Shown: positions 21,912-30,896, counted from the stretch's first letter. The stretch is DNA of 64,000 nucleotides from Verrucomicrobiota bacterium (GCA_016871535.1 VHCZ01000001.1:22733-86732); one strand, 5' to 3'. Notes: generated by a model not told the origin, from the sequence alone. Program-made: numbers and translations.

Positions 21912-21994
21912 CCCACTCCTTCCTCTCCCGGGAGGGAATCTCGTCGAAAGCGATCTGAGCGAAGTTCCCCTCCTGAGAGGGGAGAAGGAGTGGG
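21912..21994. repeat. 83-bp composite palindrome, diverged relative of the 144-bp family
   Basis: CCCACTCCTTCcTCTCCCGGGAGgGA ... CCCCTCctgaGAGGGGAGAAGGAGTGGG, about 100 nt upstream of the mutS start. Confidence 0.7.
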
Positions 21995-22093
21995 TGCTTC
22001 CCTGGAAAAGAACCATTCGCCATTTTCCCTTCGACCAGCCGGATTTTGCTCACTAACTTTTCCCGCGTGCCGAGCGATTCACAACTCACTCCG

Positions 22094-24766
22094 ATGACGG
22101 CGCAATACCGGCGCATCAAGGCTGAATTGCCGCCCGATGCCTTGCTCCTCTTTCGCCTGGGCGATTTTTACGAGATGTTTTTCGAGGACGCTCAGATCGG
22201 CGCGCAGTTGCTCAACGTCGCGCTCACCAAACGCGGCGTCATTCCGATGTGCGGCATTCCTTACCACGCCGCGAACGCTTACATCGGGCGCTTGCTTAAG
22301 GCCGGCAAGAAGGTCGCCATCTGCGATCAAATGGAAGACGCGCGCCCCGGGCAGTTGGTCAAACGCGAGGTCACTCAAATCCTCAGCCCCGGCACCCACC
22401 TGGACGACCGCATGCTCACCGCCGAGCGGAACAATTATCTCGCGGCCGTGTATTCTTTGAGCACCAGCTACGGACTCGCCTTTGTCGATTTGACCACGGG
22501 CGATTTCAAGACGACGCAACTCGACTCCGAGGCGGGCCTGTTGAGCGAACTCGAACGGGTGCGTCCGGCAGAAATCATCTTTCCGAACGAAGCCGCCGCC
22601 GTGCGCGCGCTGCTCCAAGGCCGTTGTGCGGTGATCAACGGCTACGACGATTGGGTCTTCGCGCCGGAAACCTCCCAGTTCACACTTCGCGATCATTTCA
22701 AGGTCAGTTCGCTCGATGGATTCGGCTTGAAGGACCGGACCGCGGCTGTCGGCGCCGCCGGGGCCGCGCTGCACTATCTGGCGCAGCATCTCCGGCGGGA
22801 TGTCGCGCACCTGACGCGCCTGTCGTGCTACGAGTGCAAGGATTATCTCGTGCTGGACGCCACCTCGCTGAGGAATCTGGAAATTCTTGAGCCGCTCCAT
22901 CGCGACGCACCCCGCAACGCCTGCCTTTACGGCGTCGTGAACCGCACAGTCACGCCGATGGGCGCGCGGCGGCTTCGGGAGTGGCTCACGCAACCGCTCG
23001 CCGCGGCTGCTCCAATCTGCGCCCGCCAGGAAGCCGTGCAATCCTGGATCGAGAATCCCGCCGGTCTGGAGCGTTTTCGCCAGCATTTGAGCGAAGTGCG
23101 GGACATGGAACGCACCCTGAGCCGGTTGAGCGTGGGCACGGGCAACGGACGCGATCTGGCGGCGCTGCGCCTGGCATTGGAACAGGTGCCAAAACTGCGC
23201 GACGCGCTTGGCGAGGTCATGAAATGCAATTCCACTGATCCCTCGGGAGGGGCCTTGCAAGAACTCGCCTTCGAAGCGCGCAACTCGTCCAACGTAGGGC
23301 AGGCTTCCAGCGTGCCAGTTCCGGAAACATCCAACTGCATGAACGACGGGGCAAACATGCCCCGCCAACCGGCAGACAAGATGTCTGCCCTACATGAAGG
23401 CCCGTTGCCGTTGCTCGCCGAACTCACCGGCCAGTTATGTGATTGTCCTGACCTCGCCGACTTGATCGCGCGCGCGATCGTCGATGAGCCGCCGCTGGCG
23501 GTGAAGGAAGGCGGCATTATCCGGGACGGCTTCGATCCGGGCCTCGATGAGCTTCGGCGAGCCATGCGGGAAGGAAAAGATTGGATCGCCAAGTTGCAGC
23601 AGCAGGAGATCGAACGCACCGGGATTCCTTCCCTCAAAGTGCGCTTCAATTCCGTGTTCGGCTACTACATCGAAGTGACCAAAACGCATCTCGAAAAAGT
23701 GCCCGCCGACTACGTGCGAAAGCAAACTATCGCCGGAGGGGAACGCTTCATCACGCCCGCGCTCAAGGAAATGGAAAGCAAGATTCTCGGCGCTGAGGAG
23801 CGCAGCGTGAAACTGGAATACGAACTTTTCCTCCGCGTCCGGGAAGCGGTGATCGCGCGCTTGCCGGAAATCCAACAAACGGCGCAAGCGCTGGCCCAGC
23901 TTGACGTGCTGGCCGGCTTCGCGGAAACGGCGCGGTTCTTCAACTACTGCCGCCCCGAAGTTGCTCAAGAAGGCGCGCTGCAAATTCGCGACGGGCGTCA
24001 TCCCGTGCTGGACCAGGTCCTCGTGGAAGAACGCTTCGTGCCCAACGACACCGAGCTTGATCTCGCGAGTCAGCAAGTGGGGTTGATCACGGGACCGAAC
24101 ATGGCGGGGAAGAGCACTTACATTCGGCAGGTCGCTCTGCTCACGCTGCTGGCACACACGGGCTCGTTCGTCCCTGCGAAACAAGCCCGCATCGATCTGG
24201 TGGATCGCATTTTCACGCGCATCGGCGCGAGCGACGATCTGGCGCGCGGGCAATCCACGTTCATGGTCGAGATGAGCGAGACAGCGAACATCCTGAACAA
24301 TGCCACGCGAAACAGCCTGATCATTCTTGACGAAATCGGGCGCGGCACCAGCACGTTTGACGGCTTGAGCCTGGCCTGGGGCATCGTCGAGCACCTGCAC
24401 AATCAAGTCGGCGCCAAGACGCTGTTCGCGACCCATTATCACGAACTGACGGAACTGGCGAGGCGCCTGGCTCGGCTGCGCAACTTCAACGTTGCCGTGC
24501 GCGAGTGGAACGATCAGATCATTTTCCTGCGCAAAATCGTCGCCGGCGGAACGGACAAAAGCTACGGCATTCAGGTAGCGCGGCTCGCGGGCGTGCCCAA
24601 GAGCGTGCTGACGCGGGCCAAGGAAATTCTATCCAATCTGGAAGAATCGGAACTGACGCCGGAAGGGAAAGTGCGCTCCACGGCGCGACATCGCGCCGAA
24701 CGCGAAAGACTGCAAAAGCTTGCGCCCCCGCCGCAACTGGATTTGTTTGGCAACGCGCCCGTCTGA
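22094..24766 (+). CDS. mutS: DNA mismatch repair protein MutS
   Basis: N-terminal MTAQYRRIKAE...FYEMFFEDA, Walker A GPNMAGKST, and DEIGRGTSTFDG. ATG 22094 is preferred over 22046. Confidence 0.95.
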   Translation: MTAQYRRIKAELPPDALLLFRLGDFYEMFFEDAQIGAQLLNVALTKRGVIPMCGIPYHAANAYIGRLLKAGKKVAICDQMEDARPGQLVKREVTQILSPGTHLDDRMLTAERNNYLAAVYSLSTSYGLAFVDLTTGDFKTTQLDSEAGLLSELERVRPAEIIFPNEAAAVRALLQGRCAVINGYDDWVFAPETSQFTLRDHFKVSSLDGFGLKDRTAAVGAAGAALHYLAQHLRRDVAHLTRLSCYECKDYLVLDATSLRNLEILEPLHRDAPRNACLYGVVNRTVTPMGARRLREWLTQPLAAAAPICARQEAVQSWIENPAGLERFRQHLSEVRDMERTLSRLSVGTGNGRDLAALRLALEQVPKLRDALGEVMKCNSTDPSGGALQELAFEARNSSNVGQASSVPVPETSNCMNDGANMPRQPADKMSALHEGPLPLLAELTGQLCDCPDLADLIARAIVDEPPLAVKEGGIIRDGFDPGLDELRRAMREGKDWIAKLQQQEIERTGIPSLKVRFNSVFGYYIEVTKTHLEKVPADYVRKQTIAGGERFITPALKEMESKILGAEERSVKLEYELFLRVREAVIARLPEIQQTAQALAQLDVLAGFAETARFFNYCRPEVAQEGALQIRDGRHPVLDQVLVEERFVPNDTELDLASQQVGLITGPNMAGKSTYIRQVALLTLLAHTGSFVPAKQARIDLVDRIFTRIGASDDLARGQSTFMVEMSETANILNNATRNSLIILDEIGRGTSTFDGLSLAWGIVEHLHNQVGAKTLFATHYHELTELARRLARLRNFNVAVREWNDQIIFLRKIVAGGTDKSYGIQVARLAGVPKSVLTRAKEILSNLEESELTPEGKVRSTARHRAERERLQKLAPPPQLDLFGNAPV
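23294..23393. repeat. GTAG...CTAC-bracketed triple-hairpin element inside the mutS CDS
   Basis: GTAGGGCAGGCttccaGCgTGCC ... GGGGCAaacaTGCCCC ... GGCAGACaagatGTCTGCCCTAC. Read through in frame as ...NVGQASSVPVPETSNCMNDGANMPRQPADKMSALH... Confidence 0.75.
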
Positions 24767-24828
24767 GCCGCCAGCTTTGAATTGGAACAGGAGTTCAGGA
24801 TCACGTCTGAGTTGCCGGGACCGAGGGT

Positions 24829-25643
24829 TTGGAGCAGTATTCAGCCGCAGTGTTCAGCCTGTGCCGCTCGATTCGAATTCAGTTCTTTGCGTCCCTGCTT
24901 TTTGTCTTGAGCCTGCCCTCCGGCCGGGCCGCCCCTCTGCAAACGCCGGACGACTCCGAATTCACGGTCCGCACCTGGCGGTGGAGGACGGGCTGCCTTC
25001 CAATTCGGTGCTGGCGATCACGCAGACACCCGGCGGTTACCTGATCGGAGAGTTCGCCGGGCGGGTCCGAAAAGTGTCGCCCTCCGTTATCACGGCCGCA
25101 ATCGACATCAAGCCCGGCACGTATCCCAATGCGATCAACCTCGGCTCGAACGGCGCGATCCCTGTGGCGATCCTCAGCAGCGCTGACTTCGACGCGGCAA
25201 CCGTCAATGTTGCGACCGTCACGCTCGCGAGCGCGCCGGTCAAGATACTGTGCAGACCGTGGGATTGACGACAGATCGACCGGAGAACCGTAGCGCAGAT
25301 TTTCAATCTGCGGTATCGCCGATTTCCAATCGGCGGGGCGCCGGCAAGTCCCAGCGGGCTCGGACTGGGAGACGCCCCGCAGAATACAATTCTGCGATAC
25401 GGCAGAGTGCAACTCCGCGCTACGAGCTTTGTCGTCCATCCCGCGGACCAAGCAGTAACAGGCAAAGGCAAATACCTCGCTTCCATCCAGGACGTAAATG
25501 GCGATGGGAGACTCGACCTGGTCCCGCACGTGGACACGACGGCGCTCGCGTTAACCGGAGACGCAGCCGTGGCCGTGCTCGAGGGCCGCACATTGACCGG
25601 GCAAGCGATCCGCGGCACCGACTCGGTGCGCCTCGTGCCGTAG
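24829..25643 (+). pseudogene. Mosaic remnant of secreted protein gene(s)
   Basis: Signal peptide plus FTVRTWR in one frame, then VEDGLPSNSVLAITQTPGGYL (regulator-propeller-type N-terminus) in another. This is fused abruptly to IDIKPGTYPNAINLGSNGAIPVAILSSADFDAATV... The repeat at 25290-25423 interrupts it, and it resumes as ...IQDVNGDGRLDLVPHVDT...DSVRLVP* (ORF 25407..25643). Confidence 0.55.
25290..25423. repeat. 134-bp palindromic array of GTAG-headed hairpin modules (REP-like)
   Basis: GTAGCGCAGattttcaatCTGCGgtATCGCCGATTtccAATCGGCG...CCCAGcgggctcggaCTGGG...CTGCGATACGGCAGagtgcaaCTcCGCGCTAC. Confidence 0.8.
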
Positions 25644-25757
25644 TTCCGTGGAACCACCGAACCATTTATCCACCCATCCGAAATCCCCAAAAATCCGACC
25701 GACCGAAGAAATGATGGCCCCATGAAAACCAACCGGACCATGAAGACGGCCAACCCC

Positions 25758-25812
25758 GTAGCGCAGAGTTGCACTCTGCCGTATCGCCGATTTGCAATCG
25801 GCAGGGCGCCGA
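25758..25812. repeat. Half-array of the same GTAG-headed modules
   Basis: GTAGCGCAGagttgcactCTGCcgtATCGCCGATTtgcAATCGGCag... Confidence 0.7.
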
Positions 25813-25898
25813 CAAATTCCAGAACCCTCGACTGCGCCAGCGTCTGGCAGAGGTTCTTCGCTTGTTTCGAGGAACGCTGTGATCAGTAATGAACGCTC

Positions 25899-26006
25899 CG
25901 TTCCCCCTCACCCCGGCCCTCTCCCTTGGGGAGAGGGTGAGCCAATCGCCACACGTCTCCCGACCCGACGTTCCGGACTTGCTCCAGCGCGGCACACGAA
26001 GTTCCG
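25899..26006. repeat. Truncated copy of the 144-bp composite palindrome
   Basis: The left module CGTTCCCCCTCACCCCGGCCCTCTCCCttggGGAGAGGG plus a central segment match the 58580-58723 copy (CCGGACTTGCyCCAGCGCGGC). The right module is missing. Confidence 0.7.
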
Positions 26007-26024
26007 TCCTCACGAACCTGATTC

Positions 26025-26103
26025 AACCACGGATTAAACGGATCACACGGATAAAGCGGATAAAGCCGCTTCTCCATCCGCGAAATCCGTGAAATCCGTG
26101 GTT
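26025..26103. repeat. CACGGAT-type palindrome, copy 1 of 6
   Basis: AACCACGGATtaAACGGATcaCACGGATaaaGCGGAT...ATCCGCGaaATCCGTGaaATCCGTGGTT. The arms are built of tandem ACGGAT-containing units. Confidence 0.85.
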
Positions 26104-26391
26104 AAAGAATCTGTTCAGGGCGCGACGCTGGCCTTCGCGCTCACATGTGTGGTCAGCACCCTACCGCCCCTCCGTGCCGAGGTGCCGGGCGTGATCCGAG
26201 TTCAGGGCACGCTGGAGGTCAAAGGCAACCCGCACAACGCAAGCGCCTATTTGAAATTCGCCATCGACCACAGGAACCTTCACGGAACCGGTCGAGTCAC
26301 AGGAAAGAGAGCGAAAAGGGGACGTAACTCCCCGGCCAATGACCACCAGGACAAATCCAATCCAAAGCGAAGTCTTGGCGCGGCGCTTCAT

Positions 26392-26542
26392 TCGCCCCAG
26401 CCCACCGGGGCGGGGCGGCGCCTGGCAGGCTGCGGCGTTGCTCGTCGGTCACAGCCTCACCGGGGGGCTGCTCCCTCCTCGCGCCTTGCATCCGGCCAGG
26501 CGGCGCTCCCGCCAAAACCCCAAGTTATTTTTGAGCAGACCC
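26392..26542. mobile_element. Truncated MITE-C (right half only)
   Basis: CGCCCCAGCCC...CCGCCAAAACCccAAGTTATTTTTGaGCAGACCC matches the right half of 58278-58547. It is followed by TTA, and the left half is absent. Confidence 0.75.
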
Positions 26543-26641
26543 TTAACAAGTGATGGCCCGGTTAGCAAGACTTCAACCTGTTCCGTTTCAAACCGGTAAC
26601 CCGCAGCAAGCATCAGCTTTTGCACTCTGTTTTCGAGCGAT

Positions 26642-26751
26642 GTAGCGCAGGCTTTCGAGCCTGCGGGTTCACGGAGCTTTCCAGCTCCGTTTCGCGAACT
26701 GCGCCGCTAGGGACTGGAAAGTCCCCTAACCGGCAGGCCGGAAAGCCTGCC
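26642..26751. repeat. Array of four GC-rich hairpin modules, GTAG-headed
   Basis: GTAGCGCAGGCtttcgaGCCTGCG, GGAGCTttccAGCTCC, GGGACTggaaAGTCCC, GGCAGGCcggaaaGCCTGCC. Confidence 0.75.
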
Positions 26752-26963
26752 CACAACGCCACCACAACGCCACTGTTCCGACATGCAATAAGGTGAAATA
26801 CGCCCTACCCAAACCGTTCTTTCCGTCTCTTCCATCTCAATTTGATTGATTGTTCCGCGAGGACTGGCCAGGATTCCACTGTTCGGCTCCAGTTCGAAAA
26901 GCGTCGAAGGAAATGGTCTGCCGGTTTTCGGCGCCTGTTCAACTGAGCCTGGCGATAGCAATT

Positions 26964-27347
26964 ATGACGAAGACGCTGGTGTTCTCTGCTCTGGGCCTGC
27001 TGATCCTGGCGTTCGGCTTCACCTGGCTCGTGACGTTCGTTCGGTATCGGATCACACCTCGGCATTTCAAGGTCACTTTGTTGGGAATCACCCTGCGCCG
27101 AGTCCGCCTGGAGGATATTGAATCGATCACCAAACGGCGTCCGGTGGGTCTGGCGGAAAACTGGTGGAGCACCCTCAAGCCAAGCCACCGCACACTGGTG
27201 ATTCGCCGCCACCGCGGCTTGATCAAGAACATCGTGATCACCCCGCGAAACCGTTACGTTTTCAAGACCAGCCTCGAAAAGGCGATCCAACAGAAGGACG
27301 CTCCCGCCGAGGAAGTGGCGGAACGGGTCTTCGTTGTGACGGATTGA
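26964..27347 (+). CDS. Small membrane-anchored hypothetical protein (PH-like domain?)
   Basis: N-terminal hydrophobic segment LVFSALGLLILAFGFTWLVTFV, then RHFKVTLLGITLRRVRLEDIESI...VIRRHRGLIKNIVITP. No confident family assignment. Confidence 0.45.
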   Translation: MTKTLVFSALGLLILAFGFTWLVTFVRYRITPRHFKVTLLGITLRRVRLEDIESITKRRPVGLAENWWSTLKPSHRTLVIRRHRGLIKNIVITPRNRYVFKTSLEKAIQQKDAPAEEVAERVFVVTD

Positions 27348-27357
27348 TTGCCCTTAA

Positions 27358-27440
27358 GGTAGGGCGAGCCGGTCCCCAGCGAGCCGGATCGGACGTGTTC
27401 CAAGCTCGTCGAGCGGCTCGCCGGGGCGGACTCGCCCACC
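27358..27440. repeat. 83-bp GGTAGGGCGAGCC palindrome, copy 2
   Basis: GGTAGGGCGAGCCgGTCCCCAGCGAGCCG...GAGCGGCTCGCCGGGGCGGACTCGCCCACC. It starts 11 nt after the preceding stop codon. Confidence 0.85.
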
Positions 27441-27478
27441 TTGCTCAGGGTGCGTGTGCAAGCTCTCCGTGAAAAACC

Positions 27479-28912
27479 ATGCTCATTAGCGCAACAGCCT
27501 TCTGTTTGTTGAGCGGCCCGGCGGTAGCCGCTGAACCTCTGGAGTTGCGGTCTCACGCCGCTTTGGAAAAGGCAACCGCGTTCATGCGCTCCATCTCCAC
27601 CGAAGGCGGCTTTCTCTGGAGGTATTCGGAGGACTTGCAGGAGCGCTGGGGCGAAAACAAAGCCACGCCTTCGCAAATCTGGATCCAGCCGCCCGGCACC
27701 CCCAGCATGGGCCAGGCTTTCCTTCGCATCTACGAAGTGACCAAAGACCAGCGGTACCTCGAGGCCGCGCAGGCCGCCGCAAGCGCGTTGGCTCGCGGAC
27801 AACTTGAATCCGGCGGCTGGGATTACCTGATCGATTTCGATCCGGCGAAAAGCTCGCAGTGGTATCGGCGCACCGACAAAGGCCAAATCGACGAGGATCA
27901 AGCGGCCGGCAAGAGAAACATTACCACCTTCGACGATGACAACACTCAAAGCGCGCTCCAGTTCCTGATGGCCTTTGTGGAGGCCGCGCCGAGCAAGGAT
28001 GCGGCAGAGGTCCGGACAATCCGTGAGGCGCTGGAATACGGCCTCGCGAAAATGCTCGAAGCGCAGTATCCGAACGGCGCGTGGCCGCAACGCTATAACG
28101 GCAGGCCGCGCGACCTCGGCAAATATCCTGCGCGGCGCGCGACGATTCCCGAGTCGTTTCCTCGCGAGCATCCCAGATCCGATTACGCCGGCTTTTACAC
28201 GCTGAACGACCACACGCAGCGGGATTGCATCCGGACCATGCTCGAAGCGTTCAAGCAGTTCGGGGACCGCAAATATCTGGAGGCGGCGCTGCGCGGCGGC
28301 GACTTTCTCGTCGCAGCGCAATTGCCGAATCCGCAGCCGGCCTGGGCGCAACAGTATAACTTCGCCATGAAACCGGCCTGGGCCAGGGCGTTCGAACCTC
28401 CCTCGGTCTGCACGGGCGAAAGCGCCGGGGCGATTCGCACTCTGATCGAGCTCTACCTCGAAACCGGCGAGGAGAAACTCTTGAAGCCCATTCCGGCGGC
28501 GATCGATTGGTTTCAACGTTCGCGGCTCGGCCCGAACACCTGGGCGCGGTTCTACGAACTGGGCACCAACAAGCCCATCTACGGCGATCGCGACGGCAAG
28601 ATTCACTATCGCCTCGATGAAATCAGCGAAGAACGCCGCCGCGGTTATGCCTGGCAAGGCAACTTCAACATCCCGGCGACCATCGCTTACTTCGGGGAAG
28701 TCCAAAAGGCGGGCCGTCAGGCTTACATTGCCCGACGCGAGATCAAGTCTCCCCAAACCGAGGCTCAGCGCGCTGCGCTGGAGAAACAAGCCGAGCAAGT
28801 GATCGCCGCTCTGGATGAACGCGGCCGCTGGATCGCCAATGGCCGAATCGAAACGCGCGTCTTCATCCGCAGCGTGCAAACGCTGTGCGATTATCTGGAA
28901 TCGTTGCCGTAA
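27479..28912 (+). CDS. Secreted PelA/Pel-15E (PL10)-like polysaccharide lyase family protein
   Basis: Signal peptide. Blocks TFDDDNTQSALQFLMAF, AQYPNGAWPQRYNG and GGWDYLIDF resemble PL10 family motifs as I remember them. Needs HMM confirmation. Confidence 0.5.
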   Translation: MLISATAFCLLSGPAVAAEPLELRSHAALEKATAFMRSISTEGGFLWRYSEDLQERWGENKATPSQIWIQPPGTPSMGQAFLRIYEVTKDQRYLEAAQAAASALARGQLESGGWDYLIDFDPAKSSQWYRRTDKGQIDEDQAAGKRNITTFDDDNTQSALQFLMAFVEAAPSKDAAEVRTIREALEYGLAKMLEAQYPNGAWPQRYNGRPRDLGKYPARRATIPESFPREHPRSDYAGFYTLNDHTQRDCIRTMLEAFKQFGDRKYLEAALRGGDFLVAAQLPNPQPAWAQQYNFAMKPAWARAFEPPSVCTGESAGAIRTLIELYLETGEEKLLKPIPAAIDWFQRSRLGPNTWARFYELGTNKPIYGDRDGKIHYRLDEISEERRRGYAWQGNFNIPATIAYFGEVQKAGRQAYIARREIKSPQTEAQRAALEKQAEQVIAALDERGRWIANGRIETRVFIRSVQTLCDYLESLP

Positions 28913-28982
28913 CCAGAGTCGTGAGTGATCAGTTGTCAGTTGTCAGTCAATTGACACTCGGCCCGTCGGCACTCAAGGCGCT

Positions 28983-29037
28983 GTTTCACGCATCACGTTT
29001 CACGTTTTAACCCATTCAAGCTTTTAACGATTTAACG
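28983..29037. repeat. TTTCACG / TAACGAT-type tandem tract
   Basis: GTTTCACGcatCACGTTTCACGTTTTAACccattcaagcTTTTAACGATTTAACG. It ends about 20 nt before the MFS ATG. Confidence 0.6.
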
Positions 29038-29058
29038 CCAACGAAATCCTTCACGCCT

Positions 29059-30312
29059 ATGTCTGCGCCGAACACAGAAACAAACGCCCCCCTGCTCGTG
29101 CTCGCCGCCAGTTTCTTGGGCTGGCTGTTTTCGGGGGTGCAGCTTGGCCTCATGCCGCTGGCGTCGTTGTCTGTTTCGAAGAGCCTCATGGGCTCGGCGT
29201 TCAACCATGCCATCGCCGGCGATTGGTTCGCGCGCTACACGGCGGCGATCATGTTCGGCGCGGCGATTGGGGGGATTCTGTTCGGTCAACTCGGGGATCG
29301 TTTCGGACGCGCGAAGGGTTTGGCGTGGAGCGTGATTTGTTACTCGGTGTTCGGAGGGCTTGGCTACTTCGTAAACAGCCAGGAGCAACTGCTCCTGCTG
29401 CGGTTCCTGGTCGGATTGGGGATTGGCGGCGTGTGGCCGAACGGCGTCGCGCTCATCGCGGAGTTCTGGCCGGATGTCTCGCGGCCCACCCTCGCCGGCA
29501 TTTTCGGAATGTCCGCCAACCTCGGCGTGTTCGTCATGTCCCAACTCGGTTCTTTCAAGCAAGTCACCCCCGAATCGTGGCGCTGGCTCATGCTGGCCGG
29601 AGCAACACCCGTTATGCTGGGCCTGCTAACGCTGCTCATCGTGCCCGAATCACCCAAATGGCTTGCGGCACGTGAAGCCGGCCAGGGAGCGAAAGCCGCG
29701 GCGCCGATGCGGGAATGTTTTCGTCCGCCGTTGCTCCGGCTCACGCTCATCGGGATTTGTCTCGGCGCGATTCCGCTCATCGGCGCGTGGGGCGCGAGCA
29801 AATGGATGATTCCGTGGGCGGACAAACTCGGCGGCGAAGCGGGATTGCCGGGATACAAAGCCACGGCCCAGGCTTACTGGGCCGTCGGCGCGGTGCTGGG
29901 CAGTTTGCTGGGCGCGCACATCGCCAATAGGCTGGGCCGCCGGTTGACCTACTTCCTGATCAGCCTCGCCGCCACGCTCATGACGTGCGGAATTTTTATG
30001 TTCATGAAACCGCTGCAAGGCGGGTTCCTGCCGGCGATCTTCGTGCAAGGCTTCATCGCCACCGTTTTCTTCGGCTGGCTGCCGCTTTACTTGCCGGAGC
30101 TGTTTCCGACTCGCGTGCGGGCGACTGGCACAGGCGTGAGCTACAATTTCGGGCGATTCGCCTCGGCGGCGGGCGTGCTGGGCGCGGGCGCGCTCATGCA
30201 ATTGTTCGGCGGCGACTACGCCAAGGTCGGCACGATCACGAGCTTGATTTACGCCTTCGGGATGTTGGTGATTCTCTTCGCACCGGATACGACCGGGAAG
30301 AAACTGGAATGA
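29059..30312 (+). CDS. MFS transporter
   Basis: 12-TM pattern and a motif-A-like GQLGDRFGRAKG. Substrate unknown. Confidence 0.85.
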   Translation: MSAPNTETNAPLLVLAASFLGWLFSGVQLGLMPLASLSVSKSLMGSAFNHAIAGDWFARYTAAIMFGAAIGGILFGQLGDRFGRAKGLAWSVICYSVFGGLGYFVNSQEQLLLLRFLVGLGIGGVWPNGVALIAEFWPDVSRPTLAGIFGMSANLGVFVMSQLGSFKQVTPESWRWLMLAGATPVMLGLLTLLIVPESPKWLAAREAGQGAKAAAPMRECFRPPLLRLTLIGICLGAIPLIGAWGASKWMIPWADKLGGEAGLPGYKATAQAYWAVGAVLGSLLGAHIANRLGRRLTYFLISLAATLMTCGIFMFMKPLQGGFLPAIFVQGFIATVFFGWLPLYLPELFPTRVRATGTGVSYNFGRFASAAGVLGAGALMQLFGGDYAKVGTITSLIYAFGMLVILFAPDTTGKKLE

Positions 30313-30370
30313 ACCGGCGAGCACACGCGCCCTCGCGAGTTCCGACCGGCGCCTCGCCGTGGGTGTTTGC

Positions 30371-30400
30371 GTAGCGCAGATTTGAAATCTGCCGTATCGC
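30371..30400. repeat. Single GTAG-headed hairpin module
   Basis: GTAGCGCAGatttgaaatCTGCcgtatcgc. Confidence 0.7.
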
Positions 30401-30697
30401 TCTCACCGGCTTGGAGCGCGCGGATTCCTTCACCACCGGCTCAAACGCATCTTCGTGCCGTTCGTTGCCGGGATGGTTTTGATCGTGCCCGTGGTCCTTG
30501 AGCTTCTGGAAGCGCGGCTGGACCACCTTGCGCCAGTGCACCTGTGGTTTCTGGAGTATCTCCTGATCTATTACACGACCGCTCTCGTGGGCGTGGGCCT
30601 CAGGAATTGGACGCTCCGCAACCGCGATCTGGAATGGTTGGACAGGTTGATGGCAAGCTTGCTGGGAGTGGCATGGAAGCCGGTGGCCCGTTGGTAG
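30401..30697 (+). pseudogene. Acyltransferase-3 family fragment
   Basis: ...FLHHRLKRIFVPFVAGMVLIVP...HLWFLEYLLIYY... is typical of the middle of acyltransferase 3/OpgC-like membrane proteins. Only about 100 codons remain, and the 5' side abuts the repeat at 30371. Confidence 0.4.
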
Positions 30698-30774
30698 CGC
30701 GAAGCGCTGCCGAACGCGGAGAAAATGCATCGATAGCCCGCGCGTCGCATACGGTCCCACTTACGCCATCCCTT

Positions 30775-30896
30775 CCCATGGACCGTTCGTCCGGACCGCG
30801 GCCTTTAGGCGCCTTTAGGCCGCTTCAACGCCAAACTCCAGAGTGGGGCCGAAAGCAGCCTAAAGGCTGCGGTGCGCACGGTCTTCGGTTTATGGG
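30775..30896. repeat. about 120-bp palindrome, CCCATGrACCG...CCTTTAGGC / GCCTwAAGGC family, copy 1 of 2
   Basis: CCCATGGACCGTTCGTCCGGACCGCGGCCTTTAGGC...GCAGCCTAAAGGCTGCGGTGCGCACGGTCTTCGGTTTATGGG. The second copy is at 40217-40326. Confidence 0.8.

Noticed and set aside
25290-26751. Clustered short palindromic repeats that might be a CRISPR array.
   Set aside because: The repeats belong to several different families and are not identical. They are not regularly spaced with unique spacers of uniform size, and no cas genes are nearby.
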